Part shown: in pieces, positions 18,946 to 29,317 of the stretch
Position numbering within the stretch: the stretch's first letter is position 1
Layout of the letters: every line of letters starts with the position of its first letter
DNA from: Candidatus Woesearchaeota archaeon
GTDB taxonomy: Archaea; Nanobdellota; Nanobdellia; CAYMVK01; CAYYFB01
Reading direction: 5' to 3'
DNA length: 64,000 nucleotides
Assembly (NCBI GenBank): GCA_964471255.1
Contig: CAYYFB010000001.1
Location: forward strand, 110,798 to 174,797
Notes under the pieces: model-generated
The model's database searches: none
What the model was told of the DNA's origin: nothing
What the model saw: only the letters and a program-made list of their open reading frames with translations
Position numbers and translations under genes: made by a program

Positions 18946-21900
18946 ATGATGGCTATCTTCCAGGGGGTATGTCCAAATTGCCATGGTGAAATCAGTGATG
19001 GAAGGCTCAAAATTAGAAACCCTTGTTGTAGATGTCTTTCTAAAGAGATTATTAAAAAAGATTTGATAGAGAATATAAAGGAAATTTATTTTGCCTTGAA
19101 AAAAGAGGGAAAGGTACTAGATTATGAAAAGATTTATAAAGAATTCATTTTGTTGGATGAGTTTGAGAGGTTCTTCGAAAGCTGTGTTAATAATAAGTTA
19201 TGGAGTGTTCAGAGAAACTGGGCATTTAGAGTATTAAGGGGAGAAAGTTTTGCTATAGTTTCCCCCACAGGAACTGGAAAAACAACTTTAGCAGCCGCTT
19301 TATCTGTCTTCTTAGCAAGAAAGTTTGAAAAAACAATCTATTTTATAGTACCCACAACCACTCTGGTTAGACAGGTCGCTTCTTTAATAGAAAAATTTGG
19401 GTTATTTCCTCTCTATTATTACTCTGGAATGAGGAAAAAAGAAAAAGACGCTTTTCAGGAGAGGCTCCTTAAAAATTCTTTCGAAATTCTTATTACCACT
19501 TCACAATTTCTTTCTAGAAACTTCGATATTCTAAAAGGAATTCATTTCGATATCATCTTTGTAGATGACATAGATGCTCTTCTGAGAACTTCCAAAAACA
19601 TTGATAGAGTGTTGCAACTTATTGGCTTCTCGCAAGAGGATATTTCTTTAGCCATGGAAGTTATTAAGAGTAAAAGAAAGCTCCTTAGAGCAAAAAAAGG
19701 AGAAATTCTTAATATTCTTAAGGAAATAAAAGAAATAAAAAGAAAATTGGAAAAAAAAGAGAAGAAAGGGCAAATAATCCTAATGTCAGCTACAGCAAGG
19801 CCGAGGGGCACCCGCCCAAAACTTTTTAGGGAACTGCTTAACTTCCAAATTGGAGAAAGTGCTACTGGAATGAGAAATATTGTAGATGCTTACTTTGTAA
19901 CGGAGGATTTAGATAAAGCTCTCCTTGAAGTTATTAAAAAGTTAGGTAATGGGGGCCTTATTTTTGTAGCAAGAGACTTTGGAGAAGAGAAATGTAAACA
20001 ATTAAAAACATATCTTAACCAACACGGGATAAAGGCAGATACTCTCCTTGCGGGAGAAAAACTAGATAAAATTGACCTTTTCAGAGAAGGAGAAATAGAT
20101 ATTTTAATAGGCTCTGCCCACTTTTACGGAGTCCTAGTGCGAGGGTTAGATCTCCCAGAGAGGGTTAGATACACTGTTTTTTATGAAATCCCACGTTTTA
20201 AGCTTAAAATAGAAGAAGCACTACTTAATCCTTTCTTTTTCTTGTATTTTACTGATGAGATCCTAAAGATCAAAGAGGAGAAGGAACTAAGAGAAATAGC
20301 CTCTAATATTGAAAAATTCCTCACCAGCGTTTCGCCCAATGCTATAAGAATGCTTGTTAGAGAGTTGAAGTCAAATATTCCGGAAAAGTTTACGGAGATC
20401 ATAAAAAAGATAAAAAGGGGAAAAGAAATTATTCAAAATCTTCTTTCAGATCCCGAAGTAAAGAAAGGACTTAAGGAAGCAAAATCGTTTATTTTTTCTC
20501 CCCCAGTAGTTGTTTTTCCTGATGTTAATACCTATATCCAAGCCTCAGGAAGGTGCTCTCGCCTCTATGCTGGGGGGCTGACTAAGGGCCTAAGCATCAT
20601 CCTGACTACTAATGAAAAAAACATCAAACTTCTAGAGAGAAGACTTAGATGGAAGTACGATATAATTTTCAGAAAACTGAAAGAACTTAAGCTCTCTGAA
20701 ATCCTGGAAGAGATAGACAAAGATAGGAAAAAAGTGAAGATGATAAAAGAAGGAAAATTGAAAAGTGAAAGAAAAGATCCTGTGAAAACTATTCTCTTAG
20801 TTGTTGAGTCTCCAACAAAAGCGAGAACCATTGCCAATTTCTTTGGCAAACCTTGTGTCCGCATCAGAAATGGATTGAGAATATATGAAACATCGACCGG
20901 GGACATGGTGATCAATATAGTAGCCACCAAAGGCCATCTCTTTGACCTTATTACTAATCAATATTTCCACGGAGTAAAAAGAATTAACAATCTTTGGATA
21001 CCTATCTACGCAACTATAAGAACTTGTAAAAAATGCGGAGAACAATTTGTAGGCCTTTTGAAATGTCCTAGATGCGGTTCGGAAACCTACTCAGATGCAT
21101 GGGAAAGGATAAAGACGATTCAAGAAATAGCAAAAGAGGTTGATCTTGTGTTAATTGGGACCGATGCTGATGCTGAAGGAGAAAAAATAGGATGGGATAT
21201 TGCCTGCGCTATCGCTCCATTCTCTAGAGAAATAAAAAGGGTAGAATTTCATGAGATAACCGAGCGGGCCATACTTTCAGCACTGAGAAATCCGAGGGAT
21301 ATAAATTTAAAATTAGTTGAAGCCCAAATTGTTAGAAGAATAGAAGATAGGTGGATAGGATTTGAATTAAGCGAAGAGGTGCAAAGGGAAAAAGTAGGAT
21401 ACTCCGCGGGAAGGGTCCAAACCCCCGTTTTAAAATGGATTATTGAGAGATACAAAGAAAGGAAAAATAATATGCGGTTTTATCTTGATATAGAAATACC
21501 TATTGGATTAAAGATAGAATTTGAGCTTCCATCTAAGATAAAAGATAAGGAAGATGCGGAGTCTTTTGCTGACCAAATAGAGGAAATAGAAGTCGAAAAA
21601 ATAAAGGAATGGGAAGAAATCTTGAACCCTCTTCCACCATTCGAAACAAATACATTAATTAGTGAGGCATCAAGAAGTTTAGGATGGGATTCAAAAACCA
21701 CAATGAGAATCGCTCAAGATTTGTTTGAACTTGGTTTTATAACTTACCATAGAACAGATTCCATACGAGTCGCTCCAGAAGGGATAGGAATCGCAAAATA
21801 CTTTATCAAGGATAAGTTTGGAGAAACGTACTTTAAAGGGAGATCCTGGGGAACTGGAGGAGCACATGAATGCATACGGCCCACTCGTGGATTAGAACCT

Positions 21901-22524
21901 AAAGAAATTATCAGAATGATTGGAGAAGGTCTTCTTCCGAGATTAACAAAGAAACATATTCGATTATATTCTCTAATCTTTTGGAGATTTATAGCTTCCC
22001 AAATGATTCCTTGTAAGGTGTTGTACGGAGAATTTAAAATTAGGGCAGGTCCTCTTCAAAAAATAGTAAGGTTTCCTATTAAAATCTTAGATGAAGGGTG
22101 GCTTAGGGCCACTCCAGTAATAAGTCCAGTACCGGTTGTGGAAGGGAAAGTTACTATCTTAAGAAAACGGATTAGGAAGGATTCCCCCATTTCTCTTTAT
22201 ACAGATGGGACATTAGTACAAGAAATGAAGAAAAGAGGGATAGGAAGACCTTCCACCTACGCTACTATTCTCTCCAAGCTTAAACAAAGGTACTATGTTA
22301 TTGACAAACACTACCTTATTCCAACCTCCACCGGGGAGAAACTTGTCAAGTATCTTTATGAAAAATATCCAAAGCTTGTTGATGAAAAAAGGACAAGAGA
22401 GCTTGAGGAAAAGATGAGAAAAATTGAAGAAGGTAAAATCAATTATCAGGACGTTTTGAATGAACTTTATGAAGAACTAAGAAGCCTCGGTCTTTTCTCT
22501 CAATTTAGAGAGAGCTCTTCTTAA
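18946..22524 (+). CDS. rgy: Reverse gyrase (unsplit)
   Basis: N-terminal Zn finger (CPNC..CCRC), helicase motifs SPTGTGKT, DDID and QASGR, topoisomerase IA motifs VVESPTKA, SAGRVQTP and ITYHRTD. Confidence 0.97.
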   Translation: MMAIFQGVCPNCHGEISDGRLKIRNPCCRCLSKEIIKKDLIENIKEIYFALKKEGKVLDYEKIYKEFILLDEFERFFESCVNNKLWSVQRNWAFRVLRGESFAIVSPTGTGKTTLAAALSVFLARKFEKTIYFIVPTTTLVRQVASLIEKFGLFPLYYYSGMRKKEKDAFQERLLKNSFEILITTSQFLSRNFDILKGIHFDIIFVDDIDALLRTSKNIDRVLQLIGFSQEDISLAMEVIKSKRKLLRAKKGEILNILKEIKEIKRKLEKKEKKGQIILMSATARPRGTRPKLFRELLNFQIGESATGMRNIVDAYFVTEDLDKALLEVIKKLGNGGLIFVARDFGEEKCKQLKTYLNQHGIKADTLLAGEKLDKIDLFREGEIDILIGSAHFYGVLVRGLDLPERVRYTVFYEIPRFKLKIEEALLNPFFFLYFTDEILKIKEEKELREIASNIEKFLTSVSPNAIRMLVRELKSNIPEKFTEIIKKIKRGKEIIQNLLSDPEVKKGLKEAKSFIFSPPVVVFPDVNTYIQASGRCSRLYAGGLTKGLSIILTTNEKNIKLLERRLRWKYDIIFRKLKELKLSEILEEIDKDRKKVKMIKEGKLKSERKDPVKTILLVVESPTKARTIANFFGKPCVRIRNGLRIYETSTGDMVINIVATKGHLFDLITNQYFHGVKRINNLWIPIYATIRTCKKCGEQFVGLLKCPRCGSETYSDAWERIKTIQEIAKEVDLVLIGTDADAEGEKIGWDIACAIAPFSREIKRVEFHEITERAILSALRNPRDINLKLVEAQIVRRIEDRWIGFELSEEVQREKVGYSAGRVQTPVLKWIIERYKERKNNMRFYLDIEIPIGLKIEFELPSKIKDKEDAESFADQIEEIEVEKIKEWEEILNPLPPFETNTLISEASRSLGWDSKTTMRIAQDLFELGFITYHRTDSIRVAPEGIGIAKYFIKDKFGETYFKGRSWGTGGAHECIRPTRGLEPKEIIRMIGEGLLPRLTKKHIRLYSLIFWRFIASQMIPCKVLYGEFKIRAGPLQKIVRFPIKILDEGWLRATPVISPVPVVEGKVTILRKRIRKDSPISLYTDGTLVQEMKKRGIGRPSTYATILSKLKQRYYVIDKHYLIPTSTGEKLVKYLYEKYPKLVDEKRTRELEEKMRKIEEGKINYQDVLNELYEELRSLGLFSQFRESSS

Positions 22525-23034
22525 AACCCTTCTTACCTTTCCCCTGCTCTTTAAAGATCCAAAAAGCCTAAGAGCAGTCTTCCTTATGCTTCCTGTTTTA
22601 GCTAATTCTAAAAGAATTCTTTTTTCTTCTGGGGACAATCCCCCCAACTTCAGTGCTTCGCTAGCTATTTCGTTTATTTTTCTATTTCCATACCAATATT
22701 CGTAAAACTCTTTGTTAATCCACTTTTCAATCTCAAATTTTATTACCAAGACTTTATCCTCCTCAGAAAACTTTCTTTTATAAAATTTTCTTAAAAGTTC
22801 CAGTAATTCATTCTTGGATTTTATACCATCTTTTTCCAATTCTTGTTTTGTGATTTCCTTTATCTTTTTAACACAGACGTCTTTTATTCTGGCTATTCCT
22901 ATTATTTTTCTTCCACAATCTATTCTTACTTTCTCACCAACTTTGAATTTTTCCTTTGGAGGTCTTATAGTAAGTTCTTTTTTTCTATTTAATATGCTGT
23001 CCAAAAACTTTCTTTTTATTCTAAGAACTTTCAT
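22477..23034 (-). CDS. ASCH-domain protein with C-terminal helical/HTH-like extension
   Basis: ILNRKKELTIR..KVGE..IGIARIKDV..KDG ASCH pattern. Convergent 48-bp overlap with rgy. Confidence 0.8.
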   Translation of the reverse strand: MKVLRIKRKFLDSILNRKKELTIRPPKEKFKVGEKVRIDCGRKIIGIARIKDVCVKKIKEITKQELEKDGIKSKNELLELLRKFYKRKFSEEDKVLVIKFEIEKWINKEFYEYWYGNRKINEIASEALKLGGLSPEEKRILLELAKTGSIRKTALRLFGSLKSRGKVRRVLRRALSKLREKTEAS

Positions 23035-23156
23035 ATCTACAAGGTTAAATAGAAAGTTCTAGAAATTTATTTTCGTTGTTCTGAAGATCTGAGAATAAGG
23101 AAAATCTCCATTATATTTTTATTCCCTAAATGCTCTTCCTACAAAAGATTTAGAAC

Positions 23157-23231
23157 TGCCCCCGCCGGGATTTGAACCCGGGTCTCGGGCTCGAAAGGCC
23201 CGTATCCTAGTCCTGGCTAGACGACGGGGGC
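23157..23231 (-). tRNA. tRNA-Glu(TTC)
   Basis: Reverse complement GCCCCCG..CGGGC CTTTCGA GCCCG..GGTTCAAATCC..CGGGGGC A. Confidence 0.95.
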
Positions 23232-23286
23232 ACATTATTATTTCTTCCCGAGACATCATAAAATGTTAGATAATGCTTTAATAATC

Positions 23287-23727
23287 ATGGTAGAGGATTA
23301 TGAAATTTTTGTGGCACCAGAAGTGAGAAAGGTTAAGAAGGCTATTAAGGAAATTTCAAAAGATATTTCTGACCTTAAGGAGAGTGTAGAATCCAGTATA
23401 TCAAAATTTATCGATGCTATTGGCTCTCTTAAATCGGAGGTCGAGAAAATGTCTACTGTTTCACTAAATCTCATAGCAAAGATGACCGAATTGATGATAA
23501 AAATCACCGACTTAACCAAAGAAACAAAAGAGTTAGTTGAAATCATAAAGATAGCCGGAGAGGAAACTACAAAGCCATCTGAAGTCGGGATAAAGGAGGG
23601 AATAAGTAAAGAAATCCTAGAAGAAATATCCGCTCTAAAAAAAGAAATAGAGGAGATTAAAGAAAAACTCAAAGAAAAAAGCTTTTCTGATAAACGACCA
23701 GTTGTCCTGCCTAAGATAGTAAAATGA
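23287..23727 (+). CDS. Coiled-coil protein heading the second pilus operon
   Basis: Heptad-rich E/K/I sequence. ATGA overlap with the pilin gene. Confidence 0.65.
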   Translation: MVEDYEIFVAPEVRKVKKAIKEISKDISDLKESVESSISKFIDAIGSLKSEVEKMSTVSLNLIAKMTELMIKITDLTKETKELVEIIKIAGEETTKPSEVGIKEGISKEILEEISALKKEIEEIKEKLKEKSFSDKRPVVLPKIVK

Positions 23728-24167
23728 AAGGAATATCCCCTATTGTATCTACTGTTCTTCTTATATTAGTTACTCTTGTTATTTCAACTCTTTTCTTTCT
23801 TTGGTACAGCAGCTTTGAGAAGAAAATAAGATCCGAAATAGAAAGAAGAGCTGAAGAAGAAGTCGGAAGATTTGCTTACAAAATAAGCGTAGAGACCGTT
23901 TTCTGTAATACCTCTTCTAAGGAAGTAAAAATATTTATTAGAAATGTAGGGGAAAAAGAAATACCTACAGGTCAGGCTTATGTTTATATCTATGATGAAA
24001 ACATGCAATTATTGTATTCATCTCCGGAAGATTTTGAAGAGTTGCCTCCAGACAATGTTAGGGTTCTGAATATTACCTGGAATGGTTTAGCTCCTAATAG
24101 TCATTATTATGTTAAAGTCACCGTTCCGAAGTATCCCGAAGGGGATGTAGGAGATTGTGAAACATGA
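23724..24167 (+). CDS. Archaeal type IV pilin
   Basis: MKG|ISPIVSTVLLILVTLV class III signal peptide and Ig-like domain (IRNVGEK). Confidence 0.88.
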   Translation: MKGISPIVSTVLLILVTLVISTLFFLWYSSFEKKIRSEIERRAEEEVGRFAYKISVETVFCNTSSKEVKIFIRNVGEKEIPTGQAYVYIYDENMQLLYSSPEDFEELPPDNVRVLNITWNGLAPNSHYYVKVTVPKYPEGDVGDCET

Positions 24168-25045
24168 GCCCCCTTCTCCAAAAGGTCCTTCTTACTTTAT
24201 TAGTCTCTTTGGTAGCATTTTCAACATACTTCTGGGCTTCCCCACTAGTCAAAAAGAATGTTGAAAAAGGGGAAATTGGCACTTGTGTCTCTCTGCTGGA
24301 GAGCCTAGGTAAAAAAATATTACTTATAGGTTTGACTGGAGGAAAAACCGACTTGGACATCTATTTGCCAGGGGAGCTATTCATCAAAAAAGACTACATT
24401 GAGCTAAGAATAAAATCTAAATTTCCCCTTATTTCGCAAGCTAATTTTCTTCCAATAAACTCTTATTTCATGCCGTATGAGAGGAAGAAAAATGTCTATC
24501 TGCCTGATCTTGTGAGAAATTGTTCGCAGGTAAACTGTACTTGGTGTTTAAAGTATAATTGTGATATAAAAGAAGTTAAGATAGGAAATTATACAAATAT
24601 AACAAAATTTGCGATTTTTTGGATTTATGATAAATACTCATCCGTTTGCTTTACCAACGATTCCTTTGAAGATAATTATCTTAATATCGATGCAGACTAT
24701 TGTTTTTTCGAAGGAGAAAAATACAAAAACAAAAAAATTTTCCTAATTGATGAAGGAGGGGATTATTTTATAACTGAAGGAAATTTGGTTAAAACAAAAG
24801 TGGACGATCCCGGAGAAAGGGTCATTGTGGTAGGGAAAAGCATCGGAGGAAAAAAATATATAACAATATTCAGATTGTACATACTTAACTTTGTTGATGA
24901 GCTTGGAAGAGAAGAGGAAATATTCATAATATGCCCAAAGAACTGCTGGAAAACCTCTGGTGCTCATGAGATGGAAATCGCGTTTATTAATTCAACAACC
25001 AATGGTTCACATATAAGGAAATTTATATCTATTCATTTCAAATAA
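24164..25045 (+). CDS. Minor pilin-like protein
   Basis: MSPLLQKVLLTLLVSLVAF..WASP pilin-like helix, in pilus operon context. Confidence 0.65.
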   Translation: MSPLLQKVLLTLLVSLVAFSTYFWASPLVKKNVEKGEIGTCVSLLESLGKKILLIGLTGGKTDLDIYLPGELFIKKDYIELRIKSKFPLISQANFLPINSYFMPYERKKNVYLPDLVRNCSQVNCTWCLKYNCDIKEVKIGNYTNITKFAIFWIYDKYSSVCFTNDSFEDNYLNIDADYCFFEGEKYKNKKIFLIDEGGDYFITEGNLVKTKVDDPGERVIVVGKSIGGKKYITIFRLYILNFVDELGREEEIFIICPKNCWKTSGAHEMEIAFINSTTNGSHIRKFISIHFK

Positions 25046-25047
25046 TT

Positions 25048-26832
25048 GTGGATATAAGAAAGTTATTAGAAAAAATTAGAGAAGCAAGAAGGAGAAAAAT
25101 TTTGGAGAAATATTTTGGCAAGGTGATTGAAGAAAGAGAAAAGGAAATAAAGGCAAAAAAGCCCTCTATTATTTCTGCCCCACAAGTAATAATAGAAGGG
25201 ATGCCAGTAACTTCCAAAGCCCCTGCAAAAATTGGGGGGCCCATTATTTTTACCTATAAGCCTTTGGAGTTACCCGAAGAAGAGATAATTGAAAAAGAAA
25301 TAAGATCTCTTATCTTACCTAGAGAGGTTACTAAGGAGTTACAAAGGGTTCACGAAAGGAAACCTCTCATCTATATAGAATTTGAAGGAAAAAGGAAGGC
25401 CATGGCTTTTTGCGAAATAAAATGGGATAAAGAAATGCAATCGTTGATTTATCGTGTTATAGAACCAAAACTAGATGAAAAAGAAAAAAAGGCACTAGAA
25501 GAGATAAAAAATTATATTGAAGAAAAGTTAGATATAGATTTCACAGCAATAAAGAATGTAGAAGAGGCTTTTGAATACATTAAAGAGAAATTCAGAGAAG
25601 GAGTAAAGAAGATAGGGTTAAAATTCAATGAAGAGCAAAAATTTAAACTTTTATATTACCTATACAGAGATCTCATAGGCCTCGAAAAAATAGAGCCCTT
25701 GATGCGGGATCCTGATATTGAAGATATTTCTTGTGGTGGTGTCGGGTTACCAATATTTATTTACCATAGAAACCCACTTTACGGTGAAATGCCAACTAAT
25801 ATTGTTTTCACTTCTGCTGAAGAATTAGACAATTTCATTATAAAACTTGCTCAAAGGTGTGGAAGGAGTATCTCAGTCGCTAAGCCGCTTCTTGACGGAA
25901 GTTTGCCTGACGGCTCTAGAGTTCAATGTACTTTAGGGACAGATATAGCTAGAAGAGGGAGTAACTTTACTATAAGGAAGTTCTTCAGAAGGATACTCAT
26001 TCCAACAGATCTTATTTCTAATAATACTTTAAATGAAATACTTTTTTCCTATCTTTGGCTGCTAGTTGAAGCAAAAATGAACATTTTAATCGCTGGACCT
26101 ACAGCTTCCGGAAAAACAACGCTCCTAAATTGTCTTTGCCTTTTTATTCGTCCTGAGATGAAGATAGTTTCTATCGAAGACACGGCAGAGATAAGGCTAC
26201 CACACCCTAATTGGGTCCCTCATGTAAGTAGAGAGGCTTTTGGCCCGCATGGATATGGAAAGGTAACCTTATTTGACTTACTGAAAGCCTCTCTACGTCA
26301 GAGACCAGATTATATAATAGTAGGAGAAGTGAGGGGTAGGGAAGCCTATGTTATGTTCCAAGCCATGGCAATTGGACATGCATGTATGGGCACCATCCAT
26401 GCAGAGGACTTGGATACTATTATCTCCAGATTGACAACCCCACCCATTAACTTGCCAAAGTCCTTGCTAGCAAACCTTGACGCTGTCGTTTTCTTGACAG
26501 CAACAAAAATAAGAGGAAAGTTCAGCAGAAGAGTTAGCAATATAACTGAAATAACCGGATTTGATCCAAGAAGAAACAGGGTTCTTAGGAAAATATCATT
26601 TAAATGGATCCCAGCAGAAGATAAATTTCAAAGCCAGGGGAGCGAGATTTTAGAAAAAGCAGGAAAGAGATTGGGGCTAGAATCCACCGAACTCGTAGAA
26701 GAGCTCAGAAGACGGGCGCTTTTACTTAAATGGCTAACGGAAAAGGGTATTAGGGATTATAAAGAGTTTTGGCGGTATATTGGTCTTTATTACTATAACC
26801 CTGAAGAATTATCAAAAATTATGAGAAAATGA
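25048..26832 (+). CDS. Type II/IV secretion ATPase (TadA/FlaI/VirB11 family)
   Basis: DPDIEDISC, LPDGSR, GPTASGKTT, SIEDTAE, LRQRPDYIIVGEVRG and GTIHA motifs. Confidence 0.95.
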   Translation: MDIRKLLEKIREARRRKILEKYFGKVIEEREKEIKAKKPSIISAPQVIIEGMPVTSKAPAKIGGPIIFTYKPLELPEEEIIEKEIRSLILPREVTKELQRVHERKPLIYIEFEGKRKAMAFCEIKWDKEMQSLIYRVIEPKLDEKEKKALEEIKNYIEEKLDIDFTAIKNVEEAFEYIKEKFREGVKKIGLKFNEEQKFKLLYYLYRDLIGLEKIEPLMRDPDIEDISCGGVGLPIFIYHRNPLYGEMPTNIVFTSAEELDNFIIKLAQRCGRSISVAKPLLDGSLPDGSRVQCTLGTDIARRGSNFTIRKFFRRILIPTDLISNNTLNEILFSYLWLLVEAKMNILIAGPTASGKTTLLNCLCLFIRPEMKIVSIEDTAEIRLPHPNWVPHVSREAFGPHGYGKVTLFDLLKASLRQRPDYIIVGEVRGREAYVMFQAMAIGHACMGTIHAEDLDTIISRLTTPPINLPKSLLANLDAVVFLTATKIRGKFSRRVSNITEITGFDPRRNRVLRKISFKWIPAEDKFQSQGSEILEKAGKRLGLESTELVEELRRRALLLKWLTEKGIRDYKEFWRYIGLYYYNPEELSKIMRK

Positions 26833-26833
26833 T

Positions 26834-27691
26834 ATGATATCAGGAATTTCTTGGAGAATAGGTAAAGTTCTTTCAAAAAAATTTCCAGAAGTGAGAAGCT
26901 ACCTAAAAATTGCTGGGATAAAAAAGACTAGTGAGGAATATCTAGGGCAATGGTTTCTTATTTCAGTATTTTTATCAATAGCTACGGGCCCACCACTAAT
27001 TGTACTCATGGATTTGCTGCAAAAAGTTTTTCCTAGTAAATATCTTTTTATTTTAATATTAACCATTCCACCTATCGTTTTCTTTTCTGTCTTTCTATTT
27101 TCCCTTTTTTATCCAAAATTTAAGGCTGAAGAGAGAAGACACAGGCTGGAAAATGTTCTCCCATTTGCCTGCTGTTACATGGCATGTATTGCTTCCTCAG
27201 GTGTTCCTCCTTACATGATGTTTAAATTCATGGCAAAAATGAAAGAATTCGGTGAGGTTTCTAAGGAATGCCAAAGTATAGAGAGAAATATGGAAATATT
27301 TGGATATACATTCTCAGAGGCTCTTTCTTTGGCTATGAGATATTCGCCGTCACCCAAATGGAAAGAACTCCTCTCAGGGATCCTCTCTACTTCTACCGGA
27401 GGGGGAGATATAACTTCTTTCTTACTAGAAGCTTCGAAGAAGTATAGCGAAGAGATGAAAAGAAAAATAAAAGACTTTTCGCATCTTGTCTCGATTCTTC
27501 TTGAAATTTATATCACAATAGTAATTACTGGGACGATAATGAGTAATATAATGATTTTACTTATGGGAGTAATGGGAGGACTTTCCAATATTCTGCTTTG
27601 GATTCAATATGCTCTTACTTTCTTCTTAGTTCCTGTCGCAACCTTCTTACTAATTTTATTTATTAGGGCAGCCTCTCCCGTAAAGATATGA
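26834..27691 (+). CDS. TadB/TadC-like T2SS F-domain membrane protein
   Basis: LPFACCYMACIASSGVPP..EFGEVSKE..SPSPKWKELL pattern, directly after the ATPase gene. Confidence 0.85.
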   Translation: MISGISWRIGKVLSKKFPEVRSYLKIAGIKKTSEEYLGQWFLISVFLSIATGPPLIVLMDLLQKVFPSKYLFILILTIPPIVFFSVFLFSLFYPKFKAEERRHRLENVLPFACCYMACIASSGVPPYMMFKFMAKMKEFGEVSKECQSIERNMEIFGYTFSEALSLAMRYSPSPKWKELLSGILSTSTGGGDITSFLLEASKKYSEEMKRKIKDFSHLVSILLEIYITIVITGTIMSNIMILLMGVMGGLSNILLWIQYALTFFLVPVATFLLILFIRAASPVKI

Positions 27692-28761
27692 GATATGGAT
27701 GGTTTAGCATCCTATTACTTTTGCTCGGATTTTTCCTATTTTTTTCATTAATTAGGAAGGAAGAAATTTTCAAGGCAATTTATTCACTCGCTCTGTCCAT
27801 AATTCTTTCTATAGCTATTTTTTTCATTGATTTCTATTTTTATATTTCTCAAATCAAGAAAATGGAGGAAATGTTCCCTGAATTTCTGTCTTCTCTTTCC
27901 AGTGCTCTGAAATCAGGAATGACAATAACACAGGCTTTTAAACATACTTCAGGTCTTAAACTTGGTCCCCTTACTCCTCTAATAAAAAAGGCATTTTACA
28001 AATTAAGTTGGGGGATACCCTTTCCTAAAGTGATAAAGGATCTTCAAAAGAGCATACCATCAAAAGAAATAAAAAATGCTTTGTCAGTAATTCGGGAGTC
28101 TTATTACATCGGTGGGGAACTTGTAAAGACCCTCGATACTCTTTCAGATTCTCTCAGAAGAATAAGAGAAATAAAAAAAGACATTCAAACAACCCTTGGA
28201 GAGCATTTAAAGGTTATATACACTATAAACTTCCTTTTTATGGTCATCTTAATCGTAATGTACAATGTACTGATCCCTCTCCAAATTTATGGAGTTGAAG
28301 GCACTGAAGAATTTGGATTAACTTTAAGAATAAATGTCGAGAAATACAAATTGAGTTTTCTAGCTTTTGGGATCGTAGTGGGGGCATGTTCTGGAGTACT
28401 GGCCGGGACAATTGTAGGGGAAAAAATCACGGAAGGATTAAAGCATGCCTTAATATTGGTATGTATTAATACTATACTCCTGTCTTTTTTAATAGTAAGA
28501 AAGTCTATTATCTTTGAGATTAATTTTCCACCAGAGATAGAAGTAGGAAGAGTCTATAAGATAGAAGGAACCCTACTCATTGAAGGAGAGCCTTGCTCTG
28601 GAAGATTTATAATAGAGGAGTGGAATAAATCAGGAATTATCTCCAACGGCAAGTTTTTCTTTTCTATAAAATTTTTAGAAAAAGGAAAGAAAGAAGCAAC
28701 ATTCGTCGCAATATGTGGGAAAGAAAGGGTAAAAAGAAAAATAAATATAGAGGTGAAGTAA
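27688..28761 (+). CDS. TadC-like protein with C-terminal beta-rich extension
   Basis: FPEFLSSLSSALKSGMTI..LSWGIPF pattern, with an extra ~85-aa Ig-like tail after the last TM. Confidence 0.8.
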   Translation: MRYGWFSILLLLLGFFLFFSLIRKEEIFKAIYSLALSIILSIAIFFIDFYFYISQIKKMEEMFPEFLSSLSSALKSGMTITQAFKHTSGLKLGPLTPLIKKAFYKLSWGIPFPKVIKDLQKSIPSKEIKNALSVIRESYYIGGELVKTLDTLSDSLRRIREIKKDIQTTLGEHLKVIYTINFLFMVILIVMYNVLIPLQIYGVEGTEEFGLTLRINVEKYKLSFLAFGIVVGACSGVLAGTIVGEKITEGLKHALILVCINTILLSFLIVRKSIIFEINFPPEIEVGRVYKIEGTLLIEGEPCSGRFIIEEWNKSGIISNGKFFFSIKFLEKGKKEATFVAICGKERVKRKINIEVK

Positions 28762-28762
28762 G

Positions 28763-29317
28763 CTGACCCCGGCAAGATATATTTCCTACCTTTACTTCTT
28801 TTCTCTCCTCCTATTTTCAATCTATTTGATATTTAATGAAATGAGATCTCCAAGGTATAGCCACAAATTACCCCTTTGCCTTGAGAGAGTTCCATGGTTA
28901 ATCTTTTCGACTTATTATGATGACAAATTAGCGAACTCATCTTTAATTATTTTTAGAAGATTAGGAAAAATTTGTATTATCAATCAAAACACCTCCGTCA
29001 ATTTGAGTTTAATAACTGACTGCAAAAATTTCACTCTACAGGGAACAGAAGCTAGTGATAAAATCGAAGTCACTGAGGAGGATAGGCTTTTTGGGGAGAA
29101 TCTTACTTATTTAAAAATATTTCTGAGAAGCGAAAATCCTAATGATAGAGATCAAGTATGCTTTGTTTGTCAATCTCCTTTTTTTATTAGAATAAAGCAT
29201 ACAAATAAATCCTATTGTGTTGGCAACTTCTGTCCTTCCAAATGCCCTGGTAAGCTTTCTATGAGAGAATACTTTGAAACATATAGGGGGATGCTTATAA
29301 AGGTAAGGGAAGTATGA
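28763..29317 (+). CDS. Membrane-anchored Cys-rich protein (probable CTG start)
   Basis: Track ORF 28826 extends in frame to CTG 28763, 6 nt after GAGGTGA. The extension adds a TM helix. Confidence 0.6.
   Translation: MTPARYISYLYFFSLLLFSIYLIFNEMRSPRYSHKLPLCLERVPWLIFSTYYDDKLANSSLIIFRRLGKICIINQNTSVNLSLITDCKNFTLQGTEASDKIEVTEEDRLFGENLTYLKIFLRSENPNDRDQVCFVCQSPFFIRIKHTNKSYCVGNFCPSKCPGKLSMREYFETYRGMLIKVREV

Noticed and set aside
23724..28761. Archaellum (motility) operon
   Set aside because: No flaH/flaF/flaG-like genes, and two separate TadB/C-like genes fit a pilus better.
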